Positions 26,100 to 38,077 are shown, counted from the whole stretch's first letter. The stretch is 63,904 nucleotides of DNA, filler included, from Octopus bimaculoides (GCF_001194135.2; 8 parts of 8 records of this genome joined end to end with filler, not necessarily neighbours in it), one strand, 5' to 3'. Program-made: numbers and translations. Notes: generated by a model from the letters alone, not told the origin.

Positions 26100-26900
26100 T
26101 GACGTGAAGAGGGACGTCTTACATAGGCAACAACTTGTTTTTTATGTCATCATTGAGTTTTACTTCCTACAACTTTCACAAACGCATTCATTCTCCGATC
26201 TATACCAACAACCTGGCGAGGCTCGCCTGCTGCGTCGACACAACATAGGAGTAGCAGATGCCAGTGGCGAGCATTGTAACGCTAGGAGCTGCTTCCCAGT
26301 AGAAATCTAGTTTGCATCTAGCAAAGCAGGTCCTAGCCAGTAAGGTGGAGTCTAGTCACGATCTACTATTCTTAAAGGGGTCAAGAGGATTAGGAACTAT
26401 TCGAACAGTAGATTTAAAACTGTAGAGTTAACAAACAAGAAACTGGTCATAAAATTTGAAAACTGGAACGTCTGGATAATATGGCTGCTTGTCAGAAAAA
26501 ATTAAGGATATCGGTAGCTCTAGGAAAGCAACTTTTATAAATAATGATCTCTAAAGATTCAGCGTGGACACAACCATCCTTCATGGACACACTAAAGGAG
26601 AAATACTACTAGTTTTACTGGCAAGGAAAGATCTCTGATTAACCCACAGAGCCTGAAGTTGGTTCCGCAGTAAAGAACGGTCTGCTAAATATAGTAGAGT
26701 AGCTGAGTACAACTGAATTGGGAAGAAATAGGCAGCAATGGCTCAGAACAACTCTTGACTCTCCAATTGCGCACCACTACAGGCCCAGTCATTTTAGGAA
26801 AATATGTTATCCCTTGTCAGCAACATTTTTGGCAAGAAATAACTCATTTTGGCAGAGTTTGAATGCCAAGGTTGGTACAAGCCATGATTGATAACCTCCT
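26100..26900 (+). mobile_element. Decayed RTE LINE 5' region (UTR + APE endonuclease remnant)
   Basis: Remnants KFENWNV, RKATFINNDL.RFSVD, EVGSAVKNGLL, EQLLTLQLRTTTGPVILG resemble the RTE endonuclease (WNVRT, L.R..VDIAAL, GVGFAVK, ERLLTLRL.T..GPVTL). Confidence 0.6.
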
Positions 26901-28368
26901 GCCTTGGCTTTTATATTGTCAACAAAAGGGATTTTATTGGACAGCGACTTAACGGTCATTCAACGTGACTTGTACATTCAACACTAACCTCAGAACAAAG
27001 CCCAAGAACAATAGAGTGAATATATTGTATATAATATATATATATATATATATANNNNNNNNNNNNNNNNNNNNNNNNNNNNNNNNNNNNNNNNNNNNNN
27101 NNNNNNNNNNNNNNNNNNNNNNNNNNNNNNNNNNTATATATATGTATATATATATTGTTTTGTACCATATAATTTATGTTACCGAAATGTTTCATGCTGA
27201 AAACTTTTCCAGAAGAGAGAAATAAATTAACAATCATCGAGCGTGTCTAAATGGGAAACTATGGCTGCGACTTTTTGCTACTAGAAGTTTCAGAAATTCG
27301 GTACGTCACCTTAGATGCAATTTCTAAGTTTCAGGAGCCCCGATAGCAAAAAGCCTAAGCTATTTTTTTCCTTGCAACTATGTTCGATTATTGCTGATTT
27401 ACCTCTTCACTTTTGGAAAGTTTTTCAGCATGAAACCATTTGGCAACATAAATTGAAACAATATTAATAATATTATAATATTATGAAACAATATTTATAA
27501 TAATTATCTATATAAAACACAAACGCATACACTCATATATACACACACATTGATCTCCTACGGCGTTTTCGTAGAGCAAATTCCACTTACAATACAGTAA
27601 CATATATATTAACGTCAGAGTCAGTACTAATATCAAAAGGTAGAATTTATCCCCACGTAAGCGTAAATGTTCTGTTAGAACAAGCTATACTGCGGGAGAT
27701 TCCCTGAGAGAAACTTTCATATTGACTTTTTGTGCAAAATGCACTGTTGTTTATATCGCTAACTGGGAGATAAATCCCCGCTACCTCCAGCGTCGAGACC
27801 ACCAGATCATGTAATTTCGACCTTGCTTAGTTTTGGGCGCTAGAGGTGGTAGCGATTCATCTCCCCGACAGATTCATATAGTTTGACCGTGCCAGAATAG
27901 GCGCTGATGTCCCGATTAGCCAGTGAGATTGTTAGCAAATATTTATTAGCAACAAAGGCAGTATTAATATCGAGAGATAATATCTATCCACTCTAATTTC
28001 CATCCCTACAATATATCATTGAGCAAATGTTTTGTGGTCCGTGTTCCTTCGGTAGATCTAATTAATGGCTTTGATGTAAGGCATTAAGTATGTTCACTTT
28101 AGCATAACTGTCAGTGTCGCGCGAGTGACATATGCATTAAAATAGATCCATTCCTACTTTTACTAAAATAAAGATCACCTATATTCTAATGAGTTACATG
28201 TCATTCATATGGTACAAATACACGATTGTAGGACTTGAGCATTATCAGCATTTTACTCTAATCTATTTTCTTCATACGCACCTCCACTAGCATCCAGTTC
28301 TTTCCGTTCACATTTAAATAAAATTGCATATGTATGTATGTATGTATGTATGTATATGTGTGTATGTA

Positions 28369-28453
<85 letters not shown>

Positions 28454-28924
28454 NNNNNNNNNNNNNNNNNNNNNNNNNNNNNNNNNNNNNNNNNNNNNNN
28501 NNNNNNNNNNNNNNNNNNNNNNNNNNNNNNNNNNNNNNNNNNNNNNNNNNNNNNNNNNNNNNNNNNNNNNNNNNNNNNNNNNNNNNNNNNNNNNNNNNNN
28601 NNNNNNNNNNNNNNNNNNNNNNNNNNNNNNNNNNNNNNNNNNNNNNNNNNNNNNNNNNNNNNNNNNNNNNNNNNNNNNNNNNNNNNNNNNNNNNNNNNNN
28701 NNNNNNNNNNNNNNNNNNNNNNNNNNNNNNNNNNNNNNNNNNNNNNNNNNNNNNNNNNNNNNNNNNNNNNNNNNNNNNNNNNNNNNNNNNNNNNNNNNNN
28801 NNNNNNNNNNNNNNNNNNNNNNNNNNNNNNNNNNNNNNNNNNNNNNNNNNNNNNNNNNNNNNNNNNNNNNNNNNNNNNNNNNNNNNNNNNNNNNNNNNNN
28901 NNNNNNNNNNNNNNNNNNNNNNNN

Positions 28925-29444
28925 CCTCCTTAGCAGGATCCGAGAATGCAACAACACATGTGACCTCAGTGACCACATCGTAGGTAGCATGGATGTAGTA
29001 TCACTGTACCCTTCTATTGATGTGGACTTTGCTATTGACAGATGTGTGGAGATAATTTGTGAGAGTGATATGATATTTAATAATGTGGATGTGTATGAAC
29101 TAGGCCTCTTCCTGACCCTGACTTGTATTAATGAATACCTGTCACGGAATAACTTTGAGTATGCTTGTCCCACCCGCAACAAACGAGGTAGACCACCTAC
29201 CATTACCTCAGCATACAAAAAGACCCGCTGTGAACGCTGGCATGGCTGGACGAAACCAAACCACCCACCTTCAGATGCACACGACATCAGAATTACTGTA
29301 GCACACGCTATTGGTGTAAGCCTTAAAACCACACTTAAAAATCATATTTTTAAGTTCAACAGCAAACTATATAAACAGGAGAAAGGCGGTGCTATTGGAG
29401 TAGGGATCGCCGGTGATGTTGCTAACCTCTTCATGGTATGGTGG
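28925..29444 (+). mobile_element. Penelope-like RT fragment with insertion-in-fingers, Naiad-like; open between two gaps
   Basis: 173 stop-free codons: motif A VGSMDVVSLYPSID and motif B KNHIFKFNSKLYKQEKGGAIGVGIAGDVANLFMVWW, about 131 aa apart versus about 60 in the Neptune element of this window. Confidence 0.8.
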
Positions 29445-29597
29445 NNNNNNNNNNNNNNNNNNNNNNNNNNNNNNNNNNNNNNNNNNNNTTAATTAATTAA
29501 NNNNNNNNNNNNNNNNNNNNNNNNNNNNNNNNNNNNNNNNNNNNACAAACACACAGACACACAATACACACACTACACACACATACACACACACACA

Positions 29598-29637
<40 letters not shown>

Positions 29638-30030
29638 CACATACATATATATACGACGGGTTTCTTTCAGTTTCCGTCTACTAAGTCCACTCCTCACAAG
29701 GCTTTGGTCGGCACGAGGCTATAGTAGAAGGCACTTGCCCAAGGTGCCACGCAGAGGGGCTGAACCCGGAACTACGTGGTTGGGAAACATGCTTCTTATC
29801 ACATAGCCACTCACACATATACCACGGGCTTTTTTTCAGCTTCCACTCACAAGGCTTTGGTCGACCCGAGGCTATGGTAGAAGACAGTTGCCAAAAGTGC
29901 CACGCGGTGGGACTGAACCCAGAACCACGTGATTGGGGAGCAAACTTCTTACCACGCAACCACGTCTGAAATATAATTCCAGCCTATCGCCTAACTACGA
30001 CTTCGATGGCTTTTCTGTCGTTGTTTTTGT

Positions 30031-30138
30031 ATAACAGGTGAGGGTGATATCACAGGTGATATAACAGGTGAGGGTGATATCACAGGTGATATAACAGGTG
30101 AGGGTGATATCACAGGTGAGATAACAGGTGAGGGTGAT
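30031..30138. repeat. 30-bp minisatellite (ataacaggtgagggtgatatcacaggtgat x3.6)
   Basis: Direct reading; near-perfect period 30. Confidence 0.95.
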
Positions 30139-30272
30139 CTTGTCTTGATAAGTTATCATCTGAGGATATTTGTTGCTGATAAAGCCCAAGGACGCTGAAA
30201 TTCATCACCGCCGATAGACGATTCTGATCTGTTGCTGATATTTTCCTGTGTCTTTTTTAACACTGTACGTCC

Positions 30273-30317
30273 AAACGAGATGCTTTCTAGAGACGAACAC
30301 CGTAGCTCATCAGGTTT
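30273..30317 (-). ncRNA. Type I hammerhead ribozyme-like motif, stem II damaged
   Basis: Minus strand aaac-CTGATGA-gctacggtgttcgtctcta-GAAA-gcatc-TC-gttt. Stem I (aaac/gttt) and helix III are present; the stem II closing pair is mismatched. Confidence 0.5.
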
Positions 30318-30642
30318 TCAACGATGTACATACTTTAGGTATAATACACAGAATACTATTTTGAACTAATCGTTGTAGTTTAGTGTCAGATATCAAACAA
30401 ACAATTTTACTGGCTACTTGAAAAAGATGGAATAGATTTATGAATTAGGGGTCAGGGGTTGGGAGAAGGTTAACTTGGAATTAAGGGTGTTGACTATATA
30501 TGGGGATGGGGTTCGAGGGGCCGTTTTCATGTGATCGTGCCTTCAAATCTCTGTTGTCAGCTTGTAGAAAGAGGTTTGACATTCTTCGGTTTCTGCGTGT
30601 GATGTTTGATGGATTTCTTAGGAATGTCTCAAAGTGAATTTC

Positions 30643-30644
<2 letters not shown>

Positions 30645-30704
<60 letters not shown>

Positions 30705-31380
30705 ATAGACATAACCACACATAGACATACAGCCGTTTGCACACTGTCGCACGAACAGGAGCGCGCGCAGCACGCACGCACACACACACACACACACACA
30801 CATACACACGCACACTCACACACACTCACACTCACAGACACACACACACACATAGTGTAAAGGAGCAGAGAAACACACACGCTGACACACACACACGCTA
30901 TGACATACACTTACACGCAAACCTACACATCAGTACGCACACATGTTCATACACACACACACACACACACACATAAATGCTCATACACGCACAAACACAC
31001 AGATACCCACGTATACACGCACTCATATACATCCACTCACAAGCTGAGACTTATGCACAGAGAACACGCATACACATACACGTACACACACACACACACA
31101 CACACACAGACACACACACACACACACGCACGCACGAATACAAATGCATACATGGAAGCACACACGCCACGCACAAATACACACGTAAACACAAATTCAC
31201 ATGCATGCTGACACACACACACACACAGACACACACGCATACACACACACACACACACAAACACATACACGCTGTTGTACAGACACATACTCCCAAGTAC
31301 ACACACACATACTCTCTCACAAGAACAGATACATACACACACATATACATGCATACATGCACAGACAGATTCTCACGCAT
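30645..31380. repeat. Degenerate (AC)n-rich simple-repeat tract
   Basis: Direct reading; source of spurious His/Thr and Cys/Val ORFs. A similar tract lies at 56500-56950. Confidence 0.9.
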
Positions 31381-31469
31381 GCGTAACTGAGAGTCTGTAG
31401 TCCGCCGTCTCGAAGAAGAAGAAAGTTAAGAAACAGATCGGGAAATAACTGCATACATACATACATACA

Positions 31470-31545
31470 TGATGGCCGTCCACTCATGACCGAGGAAGAC
31501 CATTGGCGACCTTCAGGAACATTGTGCGCTCTAGGACTAACTTAT
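31470..31545 (-). mobile_element. RTE 3' UTR end (same family as 35745-37470)
   Basis: Reverse complement matches agcgcacaatgttcctaaaggtc...ttttcctcggtcacgagaggacggccatc at 37410-37470. Confidence 0.8.
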
Positions 31546-31564
31546 ATTTTGCATACATACATAC

Positions 31565-32431
31565 AGGCGTAGGAGTGGCTACGTGGTAAGTAGCTTGCTT
31601 ACCAACCACATGGTTCCGGGTTCACATGGTTCCGGGTTCACATGGTTCCGGGTTCACATGGTTCCGGGTTCACATGGTTCCGGGTTCACATGNNNNNNNN
31701 NNNNNNNNNNNNNNNNNNNNNNNNNNNNNNNNNNNNNNNNNNNNNNNNNNNNNNNNNNNNNNNNNNNNNNNNNNNNNNNNNNNNNNNNNNNNNNNNNNNN
31801 NNNNNNNNNNNNNNNNNNNNNNNNNNNNNNNNNNNNNNNNNNNNNNNNNNNNNNNNNNNNNNNNNNNNNNNNNNNNNNNNNNNNNNNNNNNNNNNNNNNN
31901 NNNNNNNNNNNNNNNNNNNNNNNNNNNNNNNNNNNNNNNNNNNNNNNNNNNNNNNNNNNNNNNNNNNNNNNNNNNNNNNNNNNNNNNNNNNNNNNNNNNN
32001 NNNNNNNNNNNNNNNNNNNNNNNNNNNNNNNNNNNNNNNNNNNNNNNNNNNNNNNNNNNNNNNNNNNNNNNNNNNNNNNNNNNNNNNNNNNNNNNNNNNN
32101 NNNNNNNNNNNNNNNNNNNNNNNNNNNNNNNNNNNNNNNNNNNNNNNNNNNNNNNNNNNNNNNNNNNNNNNNNNNNNNNNNNNNNNNNNNNNNNNNNNNN
32201 NNNNNNNNNNNNNNNNNNNNNNNNNNNNNNNNNNNNNNNNNNNNNNNCACATGGTTCCGGGTTCACATGGTTCCGGGTTCACATGGTTCCGGGTTCACAT
32301 GGTTCCGGGTTCACATGTTTCCGGGTTCACATGGTTCCGCGGCACCTTGGGCAAGTGTCTTCTACTATAGCCTCGGAGTAACCAAAGCCTTGTGAGTGGA
32401 TTTGGTAGGTGGAAACTGAAAGAAGCCCGTC

Positions 32432-32467
<36 letters not shown>

Positions 32468-32590
32468 CTAGAATATAAGTACTAGGCTGCCAAAGAATAA
32501 GTCCTGGGGTCGATATTTGCTCGACTAAAAGGCGGTGCTCCAGCATGGCCACAGTCAAAATGACTGAAACAAGTAAAATAGTAAAATAAA
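31565..32590 (+). mobile_element. Family A SINE with internal 16-bp tandem expansion spanning a gap
   Basis: Normal head at 31565, then (catggttccgggttca)n at 31608-32337, normal body resuming at cggcaccttgggcaagtg, and 3' part to about 32590. Confidence 0.85.
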
Positions 32591-32603
32591 ATAGTATACA
32601 TGC

Positions 32604-33090
32604 ATACATTTCCTCACCCAGGGAGCAGGAACGGCTGAGTGTGCTGCCCAGGTAGACAAACTTGTCTACTACCTTCAGAATTGTTTCTTCAACCAAGATA
32701 GCTGGTTCCACATATGGTTCCACATATGGTGCAGGCTGGAACATTACAACAGTCTTGTCCAGGCTAATGCCAAGTCCAAATGCTTTGCAAGAAGCAGAAA
32801 TGCAATTCATGAGTATTTGCCTGTCATCCACTGTATGAGTGACTAAGTCACAGTCGTCTGCATAAAGGAGGTCACGAATAAATGACTGGAGAACCTTTGA
32901 ATTGGCAGCAAATCAGCGAAGATTAAAGAGGCAACCAGAAGATCGATATCTGACATAAATTCCCAGAGAGCTAACCTTAGCAAAAGTATGAGTAAAAGCA
33001 GCAGCAAANNNNNNNNNNCGATATCTGACATAAATTCCCAGAGAGCTAACCTTAGCAAAAGTATGAGTAAAAGCAGCAGCAAAGTACAAG
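32604..33090 (-). mobile_element. RTE-BovB-like RT fragment
   Basis: SLYFAAAFTHTFAKVSSLGIYVRYRSSGCLFNLR..IRDLLYADDCDLVTHT...KVVDKFVYLGSTLSRS; homologous to 36300-36720. Confidence 0.9.
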
Positions 33091-33145
33091 GAAAAGAGAC
33101 ACATACATACATACATACATACATACATACATACATACATACACA

Positions 33146-33198
33146 TTCGGTTGGTGCATAATTATTGCGGCTTTTTTCAATAAATTTTATTCAACAAA
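33146..33198 (+). mobile_element. mariner-type TIR end next to a gap
   Basis: ttcggttggtgcataattattgcggcttttttc resembles Hsmar1/Made1-type TIRs (ttaggttggtgcaaaagtaattgcggttttt). Confidence 0.55.
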
Positions 33199-33483
33199 NN
33201 NNNNNNNNNNNNNNNNNNNNNNNNNNNNNNNNNNNNNNNNNNTTAATTAATTAANNNNNNNNNNNNNNNNNNNNNNNNNNNNNNNNNNNNNNNNNNNNGG
33301 TGGGATGAGCTTATGAGGGGGTGTTGACGATGAAGGGGGAAGGAGAAGGTGGATGTAAGAGAGGGGGAAAATGGGTATGGGAGGGGAGAGAAAGAGAGGA
33401 AGAGAGGAGAGAGGGTGGGTATAAGAGAGGGAAGGTGGATTGAGAGAGGGGGAAGGTGGGTATGGGGGGAGAAAGAGGGGGAC

Positions 33484-33515
<32 letters not shown>

Positions 33516-34487
33516 GTATATCGCTAAGTTTTTAGTTATTATTAATCTCAAGGCTGTTTCTCACCTGATGACGTGTTTTAATAATATGCCAAATGTATAC
33601 TTTAGTACAGCCTGACCGACTTTATCAGGTCAAAATATATCCGGGTTTTGGTATTTGTTCTGGCATTTCGTGGAATTTGGGCAGTTACGTATTTCCGAGC
33701 CGTTGAACGTTTGACAAAAATTTCATTTGTGACACATCCCATTTTCCGCTTTTTTTTTTTCGTCTTTCTTTTGTTACACGATCTTATTCCGCCCCGTTTG
33801 TTATTCTTTTATGTTTTCTTCCACTCTCACGGTCTCTTCGTCTTCTGCACTCGAACAAGCTATAGGTAAGTCAAAATTTAACAATCTAAGGGAAGTAATT
33901 AGATATAACTTATCAGCAGAGTTATTTTCCTTTATGGCTAAAAAAACTGAGCGTCTAAATATCAAAGTTGAGAAAATGTTTAAACTAAACGTATGTAAAC
34001 CATTAGATTTTATTTGTATTTTAAATAAACGTTATTTGAAAGAAATACAATGTTTTAAACTGATTATAAAATGCAATGTAAGTAGTTAACTTCGCACCAG
34101 ACGCATATTTGCCGTATTTCAGTAAACATAGTTTATTCCTAAACAATTTTGTCGAAATACTTTTACTTTAACCCTAATAAATATACTCTAAAACTTAATC
34201 CTAACAAAAGCACAGCTCTTAAATTTTAAATTCTATTTTCTAAACGTCTCCTTCGTTGATTTTTTTTTTAATGGTGTGATGCAGCTGTCTCGCATACGAG
34301 AACGCCTCATGTTTTATTCCTATATTAAATTTTTTTTTAAAACTCAAAGAAAAATCATACATACATGCATGCATGCATGTATACCTACCTACCTACCTAC
34401 CTATCTGCCTACCTACCTACCTACCTACCTCCCTACCTCCCTACCTCCCTTCCTACCTCCCTACCTCCCTACCTACTTACCTACCTG

Positions 34488-34618
34488 CCTACCACGGGAC
34501 AGTGGTACTGACGTTTATAGTTCCAAGAAGACATCTCTTCCAGCTGGCTAACGACACACATTCTGGAAGAGATGTCTTCCTGGGGCTATAAACGTCAGTA
34601 GCACTGTCCCGTATAGGA
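34488..34618. repeat. Hairpin of ~55-bp inverted arms (fold-back family F)
   Basis: cgggacagtggtactgacgtttatagttccaagaagacatctcttccag / ctggaagagatgtcttcctggggctataaacgtcagtagcactgtcccg with a 19-nt spacer. Confidence 0.9.
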
Positions 34619-34731
34619 CGCCACTCATTGTTGGCAATTATTTGTTACGATTCCGTATTGCTACTGTTTACATCACGCTCAGAGGTTTAATAATAATAAT
34701 AATAATAATGATAATAATAATAATAATAATA

Positions 34732-34768
<37 letters not shown>

Positions 34769-35408
34769 TATATATACATATATATATCCCTATATATATA
34801 TATATATATNNNNNNNNNNNNNNNNNNNNNNNNNNNNNNNNNNNNNNNNNNNNNNNNNNNNNNNNNNNNNNNNNNNNNNNNNNNNNNNNNNNNNNNNNNN
34901 NNNNNNNNNNNNNNNNNNNNNNNNNNNNNNNNNNNNNNNNNNNNNNNNNNNNNNNNNNNNNNNNNNNNNNNNNNNNNNNNNNNNNNNNNNNNNNNNNNNN
35001 NNNNNNNNNNNNNNNNNNNNNNNNNNNNNNNNNNNNNNNNNNNNNNNNNNNNNNNNNNNNNNNNNNNNNNNNNNNNNNNNNNNNNNNNNNNNNNNNNNNN
35101 NNNNNNNNNNNNNNNNNNNNNNNNNNNNNNNNNNNNNNNNNNNNNNNNNNNNNNNNNNNNNNNNNNNNNNNNNNNNNNNNNNNNNNNNNNNNNNNNNNNN
35201 NNNNNNNNNNNNNNNNNNNNNNNNNNNNNNNNNNNNNNNNNNNNNNNNNNNNNNNNNNNNNNNNNNNNNGTGCAGTTACTGTTAATACCTAATTTAGAGA
35301 ATTAACATTGCTTGTTTTCACTTTTTCGATATCAGTGAATAATTTCACTGGAAAAAGATACATAAGGTTGCCAAGAATTTATCTCTCTCATCGCAGATCG
35401 GTGGCTAT

Positions 35409-35453
35409 CGGACGCTGACGAAGGGAAATAACCCTGAAACCCGGGTCCGTTCG
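35409..35453 (+). ncRNA. Minimal type I hammerhead ribozyme with intact catalytic core
   Basis: cggacg-CTGACGA-aggg(aaataa)ccct-GAAA-cccggg-TC-cgttcg: 6-bp stem I (one G-U), 4-bp stem II, palindromic helix III (acccgggt), GUC cleavage site after 35447. Confidence 0.85.
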
Positions 35454-35744
35454 TGCTACAGATCACGATGAGAGGGATAACTTCCCTTGGCAAAACAAAC
35501 AGGACACAGAAGTGTGTCGATAAGCCAGCTGGAGGAGATGTCCTCCTGGGGCTAAAAGCAACAGTAACATCCACCCCTAGGGGTCAGCCACATTTAAGTG
35601 GCAATATACTTCACCTTTTATATATATAGTTTTCTACTATATCGTTGGGCCGACCAAAGCCTTGTTAGTAGATTTGATAGATGGAAACTGAAAGAAGGCT
35701 TCCATATGTATGTATGTATGTATGCATGTATGTAATCAGACGCC

Positions 35745-37470
35745 GAAGATGGTATTTGTGCTGAGGGCCTGCAATTTGGTGGTGACCACATCACAGTCCC
35801 TTCATGAACTTATTAGTGTAATCTGGAGGGATGGTGCGATGCTTAAGGACTGGAAGGATGCGATTATTCTTCCTCTCTATAAAGGAAAGAGAGCCAGAGT
35901 AGAGTGTGGCAACTACAGAGATATAACTCTACTATCAGCTGTTGGCAAGGTTCTGGCAAATATTCTTCTTACCCTCCTGAATGGGTGTTTTGTAAATGAT
36001 GTCCCATCTAAATCTCAATGTCGTTTCCGATGGATATGATTTTTACAGTGAGACAGATGCAGGAGAAGTGCTATGAGCAGAATATGGATCTTGTCCAGGT
36101 ATTCATTGATTTAACTAAGACCTTTGATACTGTGAATAGGGCCTCCCTATGGAAAATACTTGGCAAACTTGGTTGTCTGGATTACTTTGTATCTATAATC
36201 AAATCATTTCATGATGGGATGGAGGCTTGGGTCAGTGTTGGTGGTGGCATGGCGAGACCCATTCCAGTAGAGACTGGGGTCAAGCAGGGTGTCATCATTG
36301 CCCCAATTCTCCTTTCATTGTATTTTGCTGCTACTCTTACTCATGCTTTTGCTGTGGACAGCTCTCCTGGGATATATGTTAGGCATCGATATTTTGGCCA
36401 TTTTTTTAACCTACGTCGATTTCTTGCCAATTCAAAAGTTTTCCAGTCTCTTATTCGTGACCTCCTTTATGCAGATGATTGAGAGTGACTTAATCACTCA
36501 TACAGCGGATGATATGCAACTACTTGTGAATCATATTTCTGCTTCTTGCAAGGCACTTGGACTCAGCATTAACCTGGACATGACTGTTGTAATGTTCTAG
36601 CCTACATCAGGAAACCCATATGTGGAACCAGCTACCTTGGTTGAAGGAACAATACTGAATGTGGTAGACAAGTTTACCTACCTGGGCAGCACACTCAGCC
36701 GTTCTTGTTTCCTGGATGATGAAATATCTTTCAGGATGCAGAGAGCAACTGATTCCTTCAGGTCTCTTGAGTCTTATGTCTGGTCCCAACATGACATCAC
36801 AAGGCGAACAAAAATTGCTGTGTACCGTGCATATGTACTGACATCGCTCCTTTACTCATGTGAGACATAGACTGTTTACAAACGTCATGTAATGGTCCTT
36901 GAACGCCTCCATCAGAGATGTTTGAGATACATTCTGAATGTTGGCTGGACCTCAAAAACTCCAGATACACAGGTCCTGAGGAAAGCCAATATCCTGAGTA
37001 GTGAGGCAATGGTGTACAACTGGACACCTTGTTAGAATGAATGATAGCAAGATCCCTAAACAGATGCTATATGGGGAACTTGTTAGTGGAAAGCGACCTC
37101 GGCAGAAGCCAAGACTGCGATTTAAGGATTGTGTAAAGTTCTCATTATGGCATGTGAAATGCGGGAAGCTTACTGGGAGAGTAATGCTTGTCATCGCCAT
37201 GGATGGAGGAAACATGTAAAGGAGGGAGTCGATACCTTTGAAAGAGCATGCATTCTTCATGAAGAATTTAAGCGTGCTGCTCGAAAACGTATTGCTAGTG
37301 CAACGAATGGGGAAAGTATGGCCTGCAATGTTTGCAGTCGTGTATGTTTGTCAAGAGCAGGGCTCGTTAGTCACCAACGAAGCCACAAGTGTAAAGGATA
37401 AGGTAGTCTTGAGCGCACAATGTTCCTAAAGGTCAGTAATGGTTTTCCTCGGTCACGAGAGGACGGCCAT
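35745..37470 (+). mobile_element. RTE-BovB-like LINE, 5'-truncated (RT + C-terminal C2H2 finger + 3' UTR)
   Basis: DWKDAIILPLYKGK, CGNYRDITLLS, FIDLTKTFDTVNR, GVKQG, LLYADD, FTYLGS, TGHLVRM and CNVCSRVCLSRAGLVSHQRSH; several stops and frameshifts. Confidence 0.95.
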
Positions 37471-38077
37471 CCTGTATGTAATGCATGTATGATTATATAT
37501 ATATACATGTGTGTATGTGTATTTATATATGTATATGTGCCTCTATGTATGCATATGAACATATATGTGTGTGTGTGTGCGTATACATGCATACATACAT
37601 GCACGCACGTGCCCCATCCCCACATGTATCTTGTGAATGATATTTCCAACCGAGACGTTACAACCGTCTCTGTTGCTGACATTTATCAACGGTCTCTCCC
37701 TTTGTGCTAATGCGCCATTTTCTATCATTAATAAAATTGTCGGCATTTTTGATGACACGGGTATGCTAGTTAATAAATAAATAAATAAATAAATAAATAA
37801 TGAATAAATAAATAAGTAAACTATAAATATTTATAAGTAGCGTTGGTAAAATGTCGATAATAAGCGACTAATAAACATGTCGCATAAAGTACCTTCTAGT
37901 ATTTAGTTACTGCCCTATACGTCACGAAATCAATTCTCAGCACGATAAACTGTCTTTTATCCATATCTGGATCGATAAAATATAGTGCCTGTCAAGTACT
38001 GGGCCATTCGAACATGTCCGTTACTTGTCACAATAGCACTTGAAACATTATACCATTAGCGGTCAATATGGTAGATA

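Noticed and set aside
31608-32337. CRISPR-like array
   Set aside because: Units are directly adjacent with no spacers, in a eukaryotic SINE context.
33550-33600. ctgatga at about 33567 as a hammerhead core
   Set aside because: No downstream GAAA with a pairing stem.
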